64,000 nucleotides of DNA from contig CM119270.1 of assembly GCA_051294375.1 (NCBI GenBank), positions 4,534,152-4,598,151 of the forward strand. The letters run 5' to 3'. The DNA comes from Paraspadella gotoi (taxonomy: Eukaryota > Animalia > Chaetognatha). Position 1 is the first letter of the stretch, and the number at the start of each line of letters is the position of its first letter. The position numbers were made by a program, and so were the translations under genes. Positions 1 through 15,649 of this stretch are shown here, in pieces. The notes beneath the pieces are model-generated. The model was not told the origin of the DNA. It saw nothing but the letters and a program-made list of their open reading frames with translations, and made no database searches.

Positions 1-447
1 CGTAATTTTCTGACACGGACAGATGGACGACTTACCAACAGACACTCACTGATAAAAATAAAGTTTTTAGTTGCACCGTGAGTACTCGCGAAGCGACTCT
101 ATAAGTCACTTTTTGGTTGGTCAGTCTGTTGGTCTATTGGTATGTCTGTCTATCCATCGGTCTGTCCCACTTACCTTAAAAACATTTATAACTTGCCTAT
201 AGTTTGTTGCTCATTTGTTAAAAATCAAATCTAAGCAACTACTGGCGCCGCCTTTTGTTTTTAAAGAAAAGATAAGTAAAAAGAAAAGTAATGCGGCGCA
301 ACACCTTGGAATAACCGTTGCTTGTTTTTTTCTTTTTAAGTATTTTCACTTAATATATTCTGCCATTTTATTGTTTCTCACTTTCGCATAATTTTCTGAG
401 ACGGACAGACGGACGACTTACCAACAGATACTCACTGATAAAAAAAC
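1..447. repeat. Two copies of a ~58-bp direct repeat (1-58 and ~388-447)
   Basis: TAATTTTCTGAcACGGACAGAtGGACGACTTACCAACAGAcACTCACTGATAAAAA recurs at ~389 with about 3 substitutions. Confidence 0.8.
64..330. mobile_element. Non-autonomous Helentron/DINE-like (HINE) fragment
   Basis: Starts in a T-run (TTTTTAGTTGC...GCGACTCTATAAGTCAC), continues into a degenerate GGTC/GTCT/GTCC tetranucleotide tract (113-170) and ends in GCTTGTTTTT (~320-330). This layout recalls invertebrate DINE-like elements. No transposase is present. Confidence 0.4.
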
Positions 448-1364
448 ATGTTTTTTTTAATAAGTTAATATTCGTTTATCATACAAACGACGTTGCTTCC
501 CGTCCTTTTGTACATAATTACGCAGTTCAAGGTTTTAAACCCCCCGATGGCAACTGAGTTCGAACACCCCCTCCCCTTTCCCCCCCCCCATCTCTCTCTT
601 TCTTTCTCTCTCTCTTTCTTTCTCTCTCTCTTTCTTTTTCTCTCTCTTTCTTTCTCTCTCTCTTTCTCTCTTCTTCAGCAAATCCCAGCGGAAATTCAAA
701 TTTCCATTTCAAAAAAATAAGTGATAGATGATAAATTACGCGGATTAAAAAGAACTTCCTATTTCGAGGAGGGAAATCTACCAATACATCTACGTTTGGA
801 GTAAAAATAAAAAATAAAATAAAGAGAAAGAAAGATTAAGAAAAGGAAAGGATTGAAAAAAATAATGACGGAAGAAAAGAAAGGAAAATAGGAAGAAAAA
901 AAAAGAAGAAAAAGAAAGAGAAAAAGAAAGAGGAAAATTAAATAAAAGTTAAAAAGGTAATCAGAAAATTAAAACTTTTCACTTAATCTTGAGACGGCGA
1001 AGAATTTCGCCGACTTGCAAAATAAAAATTAAAAAGAACAAGATAAGTCTGATACAACTGACTAAATTGCGCGTTAACGTTACTCAATCGCCGCACTAAA
1101 CATTGAACAAACAAACAAACAAGTATTCTCGATATGTCGCCATGGCAAAAAAAAAATATATAGACTAAAAGTAAAATCGTGTATCATTGCCGCGAAAATA
1201 AAGAAAAGAAGGCAGAAGATGAAAGAAACGCATAAACCTGTCTCGCAATTTTATGCAAATGTGATTTAGTTTCCCTTCCTATTCACATCAAAGAATTAGA
1301 TAAGATTATCTTTTGCCTGTGTTTGCTTGCGTGCGTGTGTTATTGCGTGCGCGGGTGTGCGAAA

Positions 1365-1432
<68 letters not shown>

Positions 1433-3196
1433 TTTTATATAAATAGTTTCTATATTTAGCATTGAACTTAATGACAATACTTTTAAACGCAGATTTTCCC
1501 CGTTGGTGAACTCCGATTCTCCGGAAGATAATAATAACACAAACCACAACGTCACGTTTTACTCCATGGATCACAAGTCAGTCTTTCTTTTTATCAGTTC
1601 TTAGACTTAGTCATTTTTCTAACAAGGAGCGAAAAATAGCTTTGCAAGTTAATACAAAAAAATTACTATTAAAGTGTTAAAGTCGTTGAAGATTACATTT
1701 CATATGTTACATTTTTTTCCAATGATAAAAAACCTAAAGAAAATAAAGTCTAACTTCCAATGAGTCTGACGTAAATTGTGGAATTAAAAAAATGTAATAA
1801 TCAAAACGGAGATAATTTCTTTAGATTTCCCAAAATCTTTGATTTAAAAAATTATGAAATTGGTATTGAAATTGAAATATTAGTCGCGATCAGTAAATTA
1901 AACATACTAACATAGTCTACTTAACGTCACGTAGCAGTTTATTTAGTTATATGTTCAATTTTTATTCCCTTTTCTTTCTTTTTTTTTGGTTTTTTTTTGT
2001 TATTTTTTTTGTTTTCGAAATATTCGAACTTTTTTCCTGCGAATTCTGTCAAATTACGTGGAATTTGATATCGATCAAAAAAAGCGCGGAATAACTTCTG
2101 ACGCCAATGGAGGCTAACCGCGTTTTTCTTTATTTTTTTTTTAATTTCGCACGTTTTTAACTTGCGGCTTTTTGTAAAGTAACAAAACTTCAAAAAAATG
2201 ATTGAAAATGAGTGGCAAATGGAAAGACAGCGTCCTCGCTTGAAAACCGACTTTTTTAAAATAAACATTTTCTAACGAAACCGTTAAATTTTGCCTTTCT
2301 TTTTCTGCTGTAATATGTAAGAGACTAAACAACGACCGAAAATTGTTCAAATTATTCTAAATTAATTCCAAAATCTAAAATTATCCTCAACGATTCTCAC
2401 GACTTGAAATTTTCTCTCGTTTAGGAGGGGGGGGGGAGATCAGATAATGCCCAACCCTGCCCAAAACTCGAAATATTTTTAATGAAAAAAAAATATCATT
2501 AAAAAAAAATTGTCTCCGAGTATCGAAGGTAATAGAAACAGTTTTCCGATAAAGACGGACAATATTTAAAAAAAAAAATTAATAATATTCTTATCTTTGA
2601 AGTTTTTGCACTTTTGACTTTTCGTAGTCAAAGTAATTAAAATCGAGAGCACATGATTGAGAAGAGTAAAGATTTTTTTAAATTTAGCGATTGACTGTTT
2701 TAGATAAAGGAGCCACTTTAATCGGACGCTCGTCTTTAATATGAATTAAGTCGGTTGTTTAACTACCGTCTTGAAATAATCTAATTTATTGTTTAAATAT
2801 GTTCATGTCGATGAGTTATGAGAGACATACTAACTATGCTAACCGTGCCGTGGAAGTGATATGAGTAAAGAATGGGGCCGATTCCCTTCGTGGGTGCGGA
2901 GTGTGTCATTGAGTTCCAGGCCCTGGACTCCAGGGATAATCGTTGAGTTTCCCGGCCTCTCACTCTTGTTCCGAATTGATGCAATTTTTTGCAAATGTTG
3001 CAAATGTTGCAAAGACTTTCCAACGGGTGCATGAATCCCTTTTGACCCGAGAAGGAAAAGTTACGGAAGTTAATTTGCAAAATTACTTTTTAGATTTTAA
3101 AATAATATATTCATAATTCTAATATTTTTTTTTTCTTTTTTGGCTGGGGGCTTTTAGTGTTGTCTTCTAAAAACAGAGAGAGCATATATTATATAG

Positions 3197-4777
<1,581 letters not shown>

Positions 4778-5743
4778 GAGGAGGAGAACTTTAAGGGGAG
4801 GTGGAGATAAAAATACAACTTTAAAAAACAAGTACTGTCGTCGAACAATTTAAAATTGTGGATAGATTTTTAAAAAAACGATATTGAACTGTTATTTTGT
4901 TTGTTTTTCATGTTTTTTCTTTTTCAATGTTCTGAATACGCGGCCAACAATGATCAAATTGACCTTTCTTCTGCGTTTATAAAAAAAACTATAAATTGTA
5001 AACTGCAGATGTCATCGTAGTTTTAATCCTTTTTTGTTTGATTTTTTTCAAATTTTAATGTTAAGGGAAGAGTTTCAACTGCTGTCGGTTACCAGTTCAT
5101 CCCGTGTCATTCGTTCTTGTTAAATTGCATCGTCTCACCGTTCTATTTTGATTATCTCATAATTTCTTTTTAACCTTTCTATTTTACCTAAATATGTACC
5201 TTAACATATGACCCTAATCCCTAATCTCTAACCCCTAACTCCTAACCCTTACCAAAGATTTCAATTGTATGTTTCTTCCACACCTTTTCAATTTCCTAAG
5301 AGAATCAAGACGATTCGAATTATTATACTTATATATTTTTTTGCATAAAAAATAACAACTTTGTTTTTTTTTAAGTCGCACGCGTCAATAGGATATTTCC
5401 TCGGAGAGGGGGACGCCGAGGAACAAAGGGATTAATTATTTTTAAAAGTAATAAACTAAAGTTTGTTTATTGGAGAGGAGCAAAGGTCGCTACTTCGTTT
5501 GTTTTTTTTATTTGTTTTTGGTTTTTTTTTTTTTGTTTATGTTTCTTTTTATATGCTCCGAGTTTGAGTTAGTTTATTCATGTGTCAATGCCCTCTCAGA
5601 CCTTTTATCTTCTAGTAAATTTGACCGGAAAAACCTTAGTAACAAAGTAAATATATTTATACTAATATATTTTTTCTTTTTCACTTACCCTTTCTCCTAC
5701 TCGCATTCTTTTTCCATTCTCTCTCTCTCTCTCTCCTCTTTCT

Positions 5744-5803
<60 letters not shown>

Positions 5804-5891
5804 CTCTCTCATTAAATGGTAATCTATCTCTCGACTCGCCTTGACTGTGAGACGCGATGCATCTTTTTAACCCTTAACAAATAACCACTGT

Positions 5892-5963
<72 letters not shown>

Positions 5964-6031
5964 TCTGTCTCTCTCTCTCTCACTCTCTCTCCCCTCTCCT
6001 GCACCTTTTTAACCCTTAACAAATAACCACT

Positions 6032-6084
<53 letters not shown>

Positions 6085-6353
6085 AATTTCAAGTCAAATC
6101 GCTTCTTCTTTTATTCTGCATAACCAAAATTTTTTTTCTTTACTTTCGGATTCCTTTTCTTCATCTGCATTCCAGGTCACAACAATTTCTCTTTTTTTTT
6201 TGTCACGAAATTATGAAAGTTAATGAAAGAATAATGAATAAGATTTTCCTTATGTTTTCCATTTATTTTTCTTTAACTATACCTTTTTTTTTATCCTTTT
6301 TTGCTTTGATGATATTCCCGTTATTTCGAAAGTGATATTATCCGAATAAATCA

Positions 6354-6395
<42 letters not shown>

Positions 6396-6535
6396 TCTCT
6401 CTCTCTATCGTCCACCTGTTGTTCCTTCTAGTACTTTTTTTTATTCGACTTATCTCTCGAATCATCATCATCCTCTTCACTCGAAAGTAACAGGCACGGG
6501 CTGATCTCTTCCTTGGGCGATCATCATCGTCATCG

Positions 6536-6573
<38 letters not shown>

Positions 6574-7076
6574 GTTTTCATTGTCGTCGTCTTCGTCGAT
6601 TTTGTCGTCCTTTTAAGGAAGAAATTTCGGCACTATTCTCCGAGAACGCCCCGTTTTTATTTCTAATACTGAAATTTTATTTGAACCCTAATATAAAAAA
6701 ATTAATCAAATTTTTAACCATTACCCCTAACCTTAACTTAATCCTTTACTTAAATACCTAACTTTAATCCTTATTCCATAACCAAAACTGTAACCAAATT
6801 ACTAACCTAACTCCTAACTCTAATCCCTAACCCATTTCCTATCTTTAAACCCTTAACTTAATTATTAATCCTAAAATTAAAAACAATCCAAAAGTAAAAC
6901 CAAATTTATTTCCGAATTAATGCTGAAATTAGGCGCTTTCGGAAAAGCGGGCCCAACTTTCTCGGTCAATCTGTCTCGATCTTACTGGATTTCTCTTCCT
7001 TCTCATTACCGCATCAAACATCTCATTTCTTTATTTTCCTTTTATAAAAATTCCCTTCCTCGTTTTGTTCCTTTTG

Positions 7077-7119
<43 letters not shown>

Positions 7120-8602
7120 TCGTCGTCGGCTTTGTTTATCTTTGGTTCTGTTTACAATCGGAAATCGATTAATTTTGCTCTATTGTTTCCTGCCGAAAAC
7201 GATGATTGTGATTTTGTTGATTTTGTTATTCTTATATTCCGAGTTTATGAACTTTATGTCATGCATTATCTCGCTATTTTCTGCTACTATCTTCATAACA
7301 GTTTAAAAAACAAACAAATAAGAAATGCTTTTCAGAAGTTGTTACTTTCAAAAATATAAATGAAACTAGTATTTATCGTCCAATAGGGTTTCTTTTATTC
7401 GCAAATTACAAATCAATTTTAATTTGTTATTAGGAAAAACTTCCTGCAGCCTTTCTGTGATATAGCACATCTACCAAAAAACAACATAATTATCCCCCAT
7501 TCTTAAACGCCCCCGTTAAAATGCGTCACGTCCTCAGTTTTCGAATGTCCAATCATTTTCAAGTGAACATATCACGTATGAGACTCGGAACTGAATCACT
7601 TGAGTCTTTGCTAGTCATTTTCTCGCCATCCTAAAATCTTTACCCGTTCGGAAAATGAAACTTTCGACTCTCCTCCCAAATATCGTTGCTTCGCGCAAAA
7701 AAAGATTTGGAAATGTAGACATAAATGTAGATATAAATAGATATAAATAAGAAGTGGAAGAGGAAAGAAAATATTTCCGAAACCCAAGGATTTTAAGATG
7801 TGCGAGTCTAATATTTTTTTTGGTAATGAAAATCGTTCACTTTTTATCGTTATTTTTTGTTTATAACCGCTTATAAAAATCGTTTCAATTTCTAAAGTTC
7901 TGTTGTATCGTTGCTATTTTGACCTTTGACCTTTTGACCTTCGAATCGAACGAAGGCTATTTTGAGACATACTCTTAGTCATTCCATTGTAAATACAAAC
8001 ACGGAAAACACTTTTGTATATGGTTATTTTCTTCTTTTAATTTCGAAAACTATAGCTTAGCCTATTGAGTAGCTAGTATATTATTTATTTATTTTAATTT
8101 CCTTTTTTTTTACTAACTGCGTAATTGCTTTCAAGGAGAAAAACTAGTTGGGGAAAATGACATTTATTGGGTGAATACAATGGCCAACTGAAACCGGATC
8201 ATTTTATGAGGAGCGGAGTTGCCAGGAGAATAAATTTATTTCATTATTTTTTTTTGCGGGAGATAAAAAGAAAATAATTTTTGATTAAAATTTTTTTTAA
8301 CATACTGAGAGATACTATCGATATAAAATTATTTCTTCCGTTGTTAATTTGCATGCCAGTTAAATTTGACGCTGACCCATGGTGACCTGACCATAGTAAA
8401 GATGAAGTGAAATAGGGATGAAGTGGGAAAAGCATAAAAATCAACTTTGCGAGATTATTAGCTTTTAATTCATTAGAAATACATTTACACGAATAAAATT
8501 ATTTAAAAAAAATCTCCAAAGAAGATCTTTATTTTTTCTTTTTTTTAATTTTACGAATCGATTGAGGAAACTAGGATTTACCCTAAAACGATATGGGGGG
8601 GA

Positions 8603-8724
8603 AATATTAACCAATTAGCGAGCTTGAAATATTGACCAATTAGCGAGCTTGGGTCGAGTGCAGAGAGAAACTTTAAAAGTCAAAGACGCTCAGTTTTTCT
8701 CGCTTTAATTCAAAATGGCGGCCA
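8603..8724. promoter_or_regulatory. Promoter-like cluster: duplicated CCAAT box plus YY1-type motif
   Basis: Tandem ~25-bp repeat GAAATATTrACCAATTAGCGAGCTTG (two copies, 8601-8651) and CAAAATGGCGGC at 8711-8722. The transcript it would drive is not identified. Confidence 0.4.
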
Positions 8725-11700
8725 AAAAACTTATAACCGTTAAAACAAACTAGATCTGCCCATTAATAAAATCTTTTAAATTCAACTTAACATCTGAATT
8801 AAATTTAAAACAAAGCCAACTTATATATGAATCAAATTTGCGTGTTTAGCGAAAGTAACTATTTAACACATTAATAGACTATTGAATTATATAAAATACT
8901 CTTTGCAAGTGCTTCGTTTTATGGCCGTCAATTCGATGAGAGCTACCCCGTTTTTTTTTCATGAGTATTAGCACTTTAGTCAAAGTTTAAGTATGGAAAT
9001 GACAAAAACAATGAATGTATGCGAAACAAACTAATGGCTTTTGCTTAAACGTTACAAAATATAAATACGTTCTAAAAAGAAAATCTGCGACTCTGCATTA
9101 GCCAAATGTCTCATGACAAGTTTGACCCTTGTTAAACGGGAATCCATCATAATATATGATACATTTAATTTCGTACGATGCTTCATTCTTCATAATAATA
9201 GAAGTAATGATAATAATAATAATCGCGTAATCTAATCTCACTGTTTTTAATTTCATTTTGACGTCAGACTTCTCGACTCAACGATAATTATAACGATTCA
9301 GTAATAAAAAAAAAATTAGAAACATTAAATTAATTTCTCAAAGTCCGTTTCTCAAAAACCGAGGTCTTTGTCACTTCGCTATAACAGGGATTTAACTGAG
9401 GAAATTCGCTAAACTGGAAAAGAATTCGCTAAAAAACGGGTAAAAATTCGATTAAACGGGGAATTTGCGGAGAAAGGCGTTGAAAGAGGTTTGGGCTCCG
9501 GGTGTAAAGCGACATTTTTCACGACTGCGGGGGGAAAAAAACTGAAATAAAATTTTTTTGAGAAAAATCGCCATTTTTTGGTTTTTTGAAAGCCACGAAA
9601 CTTGGGTTAAGCTTCAACTAAATTTTCTACTTTTAAAGATCTGCAATAAGTTTTGTTTTGTTTTTTTTTTTTTCGTTTTTTTAGGCTGGAGGAATTGATG
9701 ATAAGAAGGTTAATTTAGTTTTTTGTTTTGTTTTTTCGTTCGTTTTGTTTCGAGGTTAAATCGATTAAGTTTCGTTAATAAAAAATTCATGCGGTTTATC
9801 TTATTCTACGCGTATTTGTTTTTTATAACATTTCTTTTTTTATCTTCGACGATTTGGTCGTGGTAGAGAAAAAATGACGAAATAATAATAAAGAGAAGGA
9901 AAAATGAAGACGACTCGTTTTTCGTTGTGTACTTCTTTTGTTTGGTTGGGGGGGGGAGTGGGTGGGGAAGGTAAGTTTAAATTTCGACGGGTAAGTGCGA
10001 AATTAGCAACCCACGCAAGACGCAACCTTTTTTTTTTAGTTTTTAAGTTTTGATTAATTAATTAATCGATTAATTTCGTTCGTGTTCGAATAGAGTCGAA
10101 GAGTTAATATTAATATGTATTAATATTATTTTTTTTTGTCTCACTTGTTTGTTTGTTGAACAAGAAAGGATTTTTCTTCAATTGAACGAGATCGTTTATC
10201 GATCACATAAAAATCGTCGTCGTGCGCATGCGTCGAACTAAAACTGACGCGCGGCGCCAAGAAATGGGACATTGCCAAAATGTCGGACACAAATCAAAGA
10301 ATTTGTGTTTTTTTTTTAGCGGGGGGGGGCGCAATAAATCGCAATAAATCGGTGCCATAATTAGTATGCAGTTTTTATTGTTTTGTTTTTGTTTTTATTG
10401 TTCGAGCCAACGGAATCGGCGGCTGATGAAACAATAATTGCGATTTCTGAGCTAAAAATAGATTTGGGCGCGCGAGGAAAGATTTAGCGCCCAGGGAAGA
10501 AGGATTTGGCGCTGATCGCCGTGAACGAGGGGCGGACGCCGAAATCCAGATGGTTTAATACATGAAAATTGTATTTTATTTTTTAAAATCGGGTTTCCTA
10601 CTTTCTACTGTTAAATAATAATTGTAATTGTAATTGTTTTTTTTTTTCCAAGACGATGATCCTTTCAAGATTTGGATATTTTTTTTTAGTTTATTTGTTT
10701 GTTTTTTTGTTTTTGTTTTTGTTTTTGTTCGTTTAGTTTTGTGTTTTCGTTTTAGGATTAAAATTTAGACGCATTTCTTTGTTTTTGTTTTGTTTTGTTT
10801 TGTTTGTAAATTGGATTCAGTCCTCTGGTACCATGGCCTCCGTCTTTCGGATTGGCGTTTTTTTGTTTTGGGCGGGAAAGTATGATACTCATGTTTTTTT
10901 GTGTTTTTTTTTTTTGGAGGGGGTAGTTTATTGTTTTGTTTTTTGGAACAATTTTCAATTACCAGATGCGACAACAAATTCTAAAAAACAATTAAATTCA
11001 TCACGTAGAAGACGATCGAGATACTAAGAACAACTTTGTTTTGAATACAATTATATTTAGCAAAGCAAACATTCGAGGGGGTAGGGAAGAAAGAAGGACA
11101 CGTACATATATAAGCAATATATTTAATGAACGATAAACTTGCCTAGAAAGTTTTATGTTTTCTTTTAATCATTCTTTCAAACACTATCGGGGTATTCAGA
11201 GTTCATTCATTGTTGTATTTCGAACATCGTTACGTTTTAAGTAAACGGCGCGGTCACGATTATTTTGTTGGTTCCACGAATTTAATTTATATATTAAAAA
11301 AAAACGATTATAAACCATCGCGAGACGACAGATTTGCTTTATATTCGGGATTCGAATCGTTTAGCTAAAATTTAACTAAACTTTCAAATCTCGAATGACG
11401 TCGTCTTTTTTTTTTTTTGCGTTTAACAGACAGAAGTTCATGGGCTTGAGCTGATTTTTTTTCTTTTTTTTTTTGGACAAAGGAGAAAGCCCTGTTTCCT
11501 TTGTCACGCTACCAGCAACTACCTTTTTAAGCAAAGGAAGTCGAGGCACGTTTTGTTTAAAAAAATATTTCTATTTTTTCCTCTATCTTTTTTATCTGAA
11601 AAAAAAAAAGAGAGAAAGAACTTTACTTTTTTCGTTTCGTTTCGATGGAAAAAGAAGGGACGCTTGTTCTTTTGTTTCCGAAAAGGGAAAATAGCGATAG

Positions 11701-13087
11701 ACGCCGAGAGAGGGCCTTAAAATCATAGTCGAACAAAACAGCAAAGACTGACCGAATAAGTCCGACCAACGCTCTCGGCGTCTTCTTTTTCTTCCGCTTC
11801 CAACTTTATTACTTTTTTTTTTTTATCATCACGTCCTTTTCTGTCACGGCAACTGTTTTTTATGTCACAATGGTTGTTGTGACAAAAGCCCATCGCCATC
11901 GCCTCGACGATCTTCGTCATGACAGACGTGTCATCGATACGAGGGTTTCAGTGTGATAGAATCGCAGTGACAAGAACCATGGAGTGATTTTAAACACTCG
12001 TGGTGATAATTATCACTGCTGAAAGGATATGAGTGATTTTTTTCTTTTCGTCGGTGAATGACGAAAATTTAATATTGATCGGAGTAGCGTAAGTATGTAT
12101 ATTAACATAATACTTCTCCGGCAATCTTTAAAATCAGATCAGTAGGTAAATTTCATACTGTGACCGAGTGGCAGGCAAGCAACGTACATGCTTGCTTAGT
12201 AGTTTTTTCAAGAATTCATTTGTACAAGCCGGTAAACGTTTTCACCTGCTCTTCAGTCAAGTATTTTAATAATCGCATGATTATTGACGAGTACATTTTT
12301 ATCTCATTGTGTTCTGACCCGGTTGTAGGCATGATTGCTTACTCACAGGTCTTTAGTATTTTGTAGTACAAGTTTTATTTTGACCGAGCAGAAGTAGGCA
12401 TGTCGCATACTCGCTAATCGAGTTTACGGTCCCCATTTTTTTTTTCCAAGGACCCTTTTTTAAGAACTCGCATGCTGAGAATTTTTTAATGCACGCACAT
12501 GCAAATGCGTGTACACGCAGTCACGATGGGAATGCAGTAAAATCATATATGTATATCGCGGGACAGAACATTGTATCGTTGTTGTTGTTTTCATTTATAT
12601 TTGGGCGCTATTGTATCTTGAAATGGGAGAATTAATTAATGGTTGATGTAACAATAACGTTAATTTTGTTATTGTTTTTTTGTTTTGTTTTGTTTTTGGT
12701 GTTCATATTGTACGTCTCGCGACTGCCCGCGCAGCAGACAATCGTCACGTTCCAAGCGTCGGGCACCGGGCGGTCCAAAGAGTTGTCTTTGTTGTCATCA
12801 TCGTCGTCGTCACTGTCGTCGTCACTCGTCATCGTCGTCGTCGCTGTCGTCGTCATCGTCGTCGTTTTTATCCATTTTTTTTCATCGTCGTCATCATTTT
12901 CGTCTTTAATTATTGTTTACTTTCGTTTTCTGATTTGATGAGTTTTTTTTTATTGTGATATTTCTTTTATCATCATCGTTAATCTCGGTTGTCATCATTT
13001 TTAATCAGCTTCTCTCTCCATCATCATATCATCATCGCCATCATCGTCGTTATCATCACCGGGTTGGATGTCATTTGGAAGTCGCCC

Positions 13088-13852
13088 ACTTTTTCTCGAA
13101 TTCATTTTCCTTCCCAACGCTCGGGAATCAGCCAGTGGCCTCCGTCCGTGCGAATTACGGGAAGTCGGACGAGGCATACTTTTTGGCGGTCATTTTTTCG
13201 CGGCTTATTTATAAATAGAAATAGTATAATAGTCCTTTATGAAATCGAGATTTATTTTGGGTCATCATTTTTTACTCTTCCGATCTTGAGACTGAAAAGT
13301 AACCCGAAGAAAATTGGTGTTTCTGTAAAGGTTAATAAAGAGAAAACTTAAAAAGAGAGAAAAAATATTTTTAAACCATGGACATGGTTAAGAATAAAGC
13401 AGAAAATAAAATTTACTTAAAATAGATAAAAATTTAATAAGAAACAAAAAATAACATTAAATAAAGTAGGAAAAACATTACATATCTAATAAATTTAACA
13501 AAATAGCTATTTTTAACTTTTAATATTTAATTATTAACCGCCAAGAGACACTAATCGGAACTGCTTGGTTTTTGTTTTTAGTTTTTATCAGATTCAGTCT
13601 TTAGTTTTTTTCATCCTCTTTTTTTTTTTAATCATATCAACATTTGCATATATTCTTTCACCTTGTATTATATACGACCTGTGATTAGGAATTTTCGAAA
13701 TGCTTCTAGTTTGAGCATCATCATTTTCATGATTATCATTATCATCTTTATCTTCATTATGACGACTAGAAGGCCCGCTCATTCTCAAATTCATTTTCGT
13801 TCCTGACGCGCGGGAATCAGCCTGAGGCCTCCATCCGTGCGAATTACGGGAA
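13088..13852. repeat. Dispersed ~75-bp direct repeat pair (13093-13163 and 13782-13852)
   Basis: TTCTCrAATTCATTTTCsTTCC..ACGC.CGGGAATCAGCC.G.GGCCTCCrTCCGTGCGAATTACGGGAA occurs twice, ~690 bp apart. Confidence 0.85.
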
Positions 13853-14032
13853 CTAAGATCACTTATGGTCTGTAATGGTGAACTTTTTTATTTGTTGTAT
13901 ATTTTGGGTCATCATTTCAAATCATTTCATTTCATTTGGTGCCAAAAATTTTGTCCACTGACTTTTGTCTGTCTGACATGTGGTCGGGCATTCCATAAGT
14001 TCACCCAGCCTATAAGCATGACTTCTTCGGTC

Positions 14033-14217
14033 GGGACCCGGTGGCTCATTGAGTAAAGCCATCAGCTCTTAACCAGTAGGTACCTGCGGGAAGGTTGAGG
14101 ATGGCCGTAAGCCGCCTTGGGGGCGTGGAAAACCCTCAAGCCTGGTTCCTAGCCCAGGACCCGTTCCAAGGCAGCTATAGGGGGTTAAAGAAGTTGCGTA
14201 TAGTACTCTTCAGCTGC
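14033..14217 (+). mobile_element. tRNA-derived SINE-like fragment (tRNA-Lys-like head)
   Basis: GGGACCCGGTGGCTCATTGAGTAAAGCCATCAGCTCTTAACC has an A-box-like TGGCTCATTGAG and a CTCTTAA anticodon-loop-like 7-mer. It is followed by GGTACCTGCGGGAAGGTTG, similar to SINE central domains. No B-box or T-arm is visible. The 3' part is partly duplicated at ~14392-14461. Confidence 0.45.
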
Positions 14218-14479
14218 CTTTTTTTCCCATTTTTATATGTACCTTTTCTTCATCTTGAGTTGAATTTTTTTTTTATCTGTCGTGTGATTGGGAAAACCGT
14301 TTCAAATCATTTCAATTCATTTCAATTCATTCAATCCATTTAATTTATTTATTTCTTTTTTTTTCTTTTTTTCATCTTTAGTTTGACATTTGGTTCCAGG
14401 CCCAGGACCCGTTCCATTGCTACCTGGGGGGCACAGAAGATACGGATAGTAGTCTTCAGCCCACTAAGCACCTTATCCA

Positions 14480-15130
14480 CAGTTTGAAATCCTTTGTTTT
14501 TGTATGCAGCATTTATTTAACTTCATTTAAATTAATTTCATATAATTTTCATTTTTGGTGGTTTTTTTTTTCTTTTTTTCATCATTAGTATGAAATCCTG
14601 TTTTTGTATGCCGCATTCATTTCAATTCATTTTAATTCATTTCGAATAGTATTCATTTTTCTTGGGTTTTTATTTATTTTTTCCTTTTCTTAATCTTTAG
14701 TTTGACATCCTCTGTTGTTGTAAGCCACATTCATGTCTATTCATTTTAATTCATTTAATTTCTTTTTTTCTTTTTCTTTATCTTTAGTTTGACATCCTTT
14801 GTTTTTGTAAGCCGCATTCATTTCAATTCATTTGAATTTATTTCATTTCTTTTTTCCTTTTCTTCATCTTTAGTTTGACATCCTTGTTTTTGTAAGCCGC
14901 ACTCATTTCAATTCATTTGAATTTATTTCATTTCTTTTTTCCTTTTCTTCATCTTTAGTTTGACATCCTTTGTTTTTGTAAGCCGCATTCATTTCAATTC
15001 ATTTTAATTCATTTCATATAGTTTTCATTTTTTGTGGGCTTTTTCTTTCTTTTTTATTTTCTTCATCCACTGGCATCTACTGTTTTTGTAAACCGTATTC
15101 ATTTCAATTCATTTTAATTCTTTTTCATAT
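14480..15130. repeat. Tandem ~85-100-bp AT-rich minisatellite, about 7 degenerate copies
   Basis: Repeating unit TTTAGTTTGACATCCTTTGTTTTTGTAAGCCGCATTCATTTCAATTCATTT...CTTCATC. Confidence 0.85.
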
Positions 15131-15649
15131 ATCATATCATATCATACATTAGATATTTCATATATCATACCATATTAAGGGATTGATCTTGTAGCTCTTC
15201 TCGCTTACATACATTGTCTTGTTTGGCTCTATATTCTTTATTCTCTCGACCAATCAGAGAGGTGGCTTCCCTCATAGAATCGACTGGAGAGAGATATTCG
15301 CAATAAACCACGCCGACTTCCTTCGTTTATATTTTTCATTTCATTTCATTTCATTTCATTTCATTTCATTTCATTTCATTTGGCAAACGATATAAATTTC
15401 ATTTCTCTGTTTTCATATTCGACCGGAGATGATAGTTTATGTGTTATCATCTTCATTGTCCTCGACAACCATTAAGTTAAAGCATCACTATCACTATCAC
15501 TATCAAAATCCTCATTCACTTTTTCATCATCATCAGAGTCATCGTCGTGGTCAAGTTAGCCAGATGGTCGGTAGTATTTTCATTAATCTTTAATTATTTT
15601 GTTCGTTCTCTTATTTTAAATTTTAATTAATTAATTTTATTTAATTAAC

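Noticed and set aside
493-2350. ORFs rich in LSLSLS, ERERER, poly-F or poly-K here and throughout the ORF track
   Set aside because: They are translations of (GA)n/(CT)n microsatellites and A/T runs, many with non-ATG starts.
6685-6870. Telomere-like CCTAAC/CCCTAA tracts (also 5210-5250 and 47730-47790)
   Set aside because: Highly degenerate and interstitial. Such tracts are common inside non-autonomous transposon remnants and do not indicate a chromosome end.
10420-10445. Hammerhead ribozyme core CTGATGA
   Set aside because: No stem II followed by GAAA, and no flanking stems.
14033-14105. Functional tRNA-Lys gene
   Set aside because: No T-arm or B-box (GTTCRA) and no acceptor-stem closure.
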